From Verrucomicrobiota bacterium (GTDB lineage Bacteria > Verrucomicrobiota > Verrucomicrobiia > Limisphaerales > CANJXF01), in contig JBBQRQ010000065.1 in the NCBI GenBank assembly GCA_038214755.1, positions 1-28,250 of the forward strand: a DNA stretch of 28,250 nucleotides, in the 5' to 3' direction. This document shows positions 25,872 to 28,250 of this stretch, one piece after another; position 1 is the first letter of the stretch, and every line of letters starts with the position of its first letter. The translations under genes and the position numbers were made by a program. Under the pieces are notes generated by a model. The model had not been told where the DNA came from. It saw only the letters and a list, made by a program, of their open reading frames with translations, and searched no databases.

Positions 25872-26635
25872 TTTTTAATCGAGTTTTTGTTGGTGAAGAC
25901 CAGTGAGGGTTTGGGAGAAAAAAGCAAGTTGGTCGCGGGCGCCGTTGTCATGGCGGGCACTGGCTTCTTTTTCAACTGCGGATTTTTCTCCAGCAACAAT
26001 TCGCGGCGTTCTCCCGCTTCGGAAGCCCAGGGGTCATACGGATTTTGGGTGCGGCCCAACTCCTCGTAAAGTTTCAGCGCATCCGCCGGTTTATTTTGCG
26101 CCTCAAACAATCGCGCTAAAGTAAGTTTGGCGGGGGAGATGATATTATCCGCCGGATACTTTGTAATGACCTCCTGATATTTGGCAATCGCTTCGGGGAT
26201 TTTTCCCTGCGCTTCCAACGAGGCTGCAAATCCCAAAGCCGCCTGGGATTGAAGCGGACTTCCCTCGTGCGCCGCCAGAAATTTGGAAAATTGTCTTTGC
26301 GCTTCGGCGTATTTTTCTTCGGTAAATAAAATACCGGCCGCAATGAGTTCAGCCCGCTCGCCCGCCTGAGTGTTGGGATAACTGCCTGCTATTTTCTGAA
26401 AATCCTCGGAATGAACCGGCGTGGTCCGGCCGCTAGGTCCCAGGAGCGAGGGCAAGGCAAATAAAGCCGCGTTGGCGCGAGACTCATCGTTATTTTTTTT
26501 CCATGAATAAAAGGCGGCCCCGATCAGAACGAGCGCCAACACTGCCGCGCCAAGGCCGGCGGCCTTTCTGTTCTCGTAAAGCCACACCAAAAAATTATCG
26601 AAGTTCCATGAATTAGTCGTTGTGTCGGGTTCCAT
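25868..26635 (-). CDS. Membrane-anchored TPR protein (YfgM-like)
   Basis: One TM helix followed by TPR helices; 4-nt overlap with the aquaporin start. Confidence 0.85.
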   Translation of the reverse strand: MEPDTTTNSWNFDNFLVWLYENRKAAGLGAAVLALVLIGAAFYSWKKNNDESRANAALFALPSLLGPSGRTTPVHSEDFQKIAGSYPNTQAGERAELIAAGILFTEEKYAEAQRQFSKFLAAHEGSPLQSQAALGFAASLEAQGKIPEAIAKYQEVITKYPADNIISPAKLTLARLFEAQNKPADALKLYEELGRTQNPYDPWASEAGERRELLLEKNPQLKKKPVPAMTTAPATNLLFSPKPSLVFTNKNSIKK

Positions 26636-26768
26636 AAACGGGGTGCAATCATCGGAGGGGACAATCAAAAGGCAAGCTACAAATCTGAGTCTGTGGTGGT
26701 GCGTTCAAACCTTCAGTTTTTTGTGCGGTCAAACCTTCAGTGGAGATTCAGGTCGGGCAATGGAGAAG

Positions 26769-26930
26769 AACCTTCCGAGTGGCGACAGCACCCCGTCGGA
26801 GGCGGACATAAAAGTCACTTGTGATTTAATTCGCGCCCGACAGCTTTTGAAAATGGAAGTGCTGGATCGTGTCGTGGTGGGCGGGGAAATCAGTCGTCCC
26901 CTTCGGAGCCGTGGCTACTTCTATCAATAA
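26769..26930 (+). pseudogene. radC: RadC/JAB C-terminal fragment
   Basis: NLPSGDSTPSEADIKVT..L..A.QLLKMEVLDRVVVG; HNHPSGD and LDH motifs degraded; N-terminus absent. Confidence 0.85.
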
Positions 26931-26951
26931 TTTATACCTTTTCAATATGAG

Positions 26952-27338
26952 TTAAGTCCCTTTGCAAGTCCTTTGGCTTTTGCGAAGACGAAAAACGTGC
27001 GTCGGATTCACTAATTCCAAACCGGCCTTTGCGCGGATGCGATTGATAGAGCGAATAATTTGGGAAACTGGCGGGCAAACCGGTGCATTGAATTCAAATT
27101 TGAATCCGATTAGATCCGCCTCCGGGGTTTCCACCGGTTCAACCCGTGCTGCAGTTTCGAAGAATTCCTTCACCGCTTTGAAGTGTTTTTGTTCCAGCCT
27201 GACAGAAACATGATCTCCCGAGGAGGTCCTGCGATACGCGACAGAGCAACCAAATACTTTCATCGGAATTCGATGGATATCGCGGATTGCACTCTGTTCT
27301 GCGCGGTAAAAACGGTTTCTGACTTCGCAAGAATACAT
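26952..27338 (-). pseudogene. Hypothetical protein, probably a decayed accessory gene
   Basis: 128-aa ORF between the radC remnant and tRNA; pseudogene status is inferred, not shown. Confidence 0.4.
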
Positions 27339-27707
27339 TGCATCCGTTAATCATAGACTGGGCGGAAGATTTTTGTTGGATGAATTTTCCAATACCAGAA
27401 AACCGATTGACAAAAACCGCGTCAAATATTCCGCAAAAAGAACCTCGCAAAAATTCAAAACCGCGTGTTCGCGCACAGCGGCGGTTTTTCATTCGGCAAC
27501 TCGCACGCAAAAACAACGCTGTATTCCAAAACTGTGGTTGTCCGGTCACGCTGGTAGCGGCTTCATCATCCGCTTCCTTTTAGTCTTTTAGGCGTCCACA
27601 AAAGTCGTCGTTGTCAGGAGGCATTGCTCGTCCCCAAGTCTGTCCGTCGGACCGCACTTCGGCATTGATCCACTCAATCAGGTATATGCAAGCACTGAAA
27701 TGCGAAC

Positions 27708-27735
27708 TTGCGGCGCGACGGAAGTTCAATATTGT
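27708..27735 (+). promoter_or_regulatory. Putative tRNA promoter
   Basis: TTGCGG-N16-TATTGT, 12 nt before the tRNA. Confidence 0.45.
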
Positions 27736-27747
27736 TTTGTCTCAGGC

Positions 27748-27822
27748 GGCGGGGTAGCCAAGTGGTAAGGCACGGCTCTGCAAAAGCTGTATGCGTCGGT
27801 TCAATTCCGACCCTCGCCTCCA
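27748..27822 (+). tRNA. tRNA-Cys(GCA)
   Basis: Acceptor GGCGGGG/CCTCGCC, anticodon arm CGGCT-CTGCAAA-AGCTG, T arm GTCGG-TTCAATT-CCGAC, U discriminator, encoded CCA. Confidence 0.98.
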
Positions 27823-28250
27823 ATTCTAAGTTGCAATTTTGCAATGAGTTGCAGCAACCAGAGGAGGCCAGTGCCAGTGAAAATGCCAGTGAAATCATTA
27901 CCGGGATACAACTCAACAGTCACCCCGGCATTACTCGGCAACTACTGGTAACGACGGGATTCGCAGCCCGTTTGGTGTAGCTGATACACCCAAAGCCGCG
28001 TTCAGTCTCATAGCTTCGGACAGAAAGTCTGAACCTATGAAACGTCGTTTCATCCTCTATCGCCGTAAGCTCGGCGGCACATTCTACGTCGAAGACACTC
28101 AAACCCGAAAGCAGGAAAGCCTTGGCACGAAGGACCGCGCTGAGGCGATGTCGTTGCTCAACGCCCGCAATGAATCCGTTCGCCAGCCGCAACTAAATCT
28201 GCAAATCGCCAAAGCATATTTGGCGGGAACAGATTCAGGCGTCTCGAATC
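27823..28250 (+). mobile_element. Probable left end of an element integrated at tRNA-Cys
   Basis: tRNA 3' end, tandem TGCCAGTGAAA repeats, then an integrase-like start. Confidence 0.6.
28037..28250 (+). CDS. Tyrosine recombinase/integrase, N-terminal part (runs off the window)
   Basis: MKRRFILYRRKLGGTFYVEDTQTRKQESLGTKDRAEAMSLLNARNE has the arm-binding SLGTKD..EA pattern; 214 nt after the tRNA; catalytic domain not visible. Confidence 0.75.
   Translation, partial: MKRRFILYRRKLGGTFYVEDTQTRKQESLGTKDRAEAMSLLNARNESVRQPQLNLQIAKAYLAGTDSGVSN

Noticed and set aside
26706..26741. Direct repeat CAAACCTTCAGT x2
   Set aside because: Only two short copies in decayed sequence; no function can be supported.
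27674..27980. ORFs overlapping the tRNA
   Set aside because: They translate tRNA-Cys and att sequence.

Overview
Bacterial chromosomal window, probably Verrucomicrobiota (Pedosphaera/Limisphaerales-like; inferred from gene families and repeat style). The core backbone is rpsO-pnp, a class I aldolase, cysK, a large autotransporter-repeat surface protein, a short rho, a WYL regulator, queD, a luxC-MFS-luxE group, a prepilin-type protein, ugd, an aquaporin, a TPR protein and tRNA-Cys. An integrase starts just after the tRNA and decayed mobile-element remnants (radC) lie before it. The most unusual part is 407-5923, where clpB survives only as two promoter + 5' stubs and one 3' stub. These stubs frame three variable paralogous lipoprotein genes with conserved ends, a frameshifted large secreted protein with a candidate His-Cys protease domain, its membrane partner plus an orphan paralogous fragment, and an XRE regulator. 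The window is dense in REP-like palindromes and heptamer arrays, two of which sit in frame inside luxE. All family assignments come from motif recognition; no searches were run.
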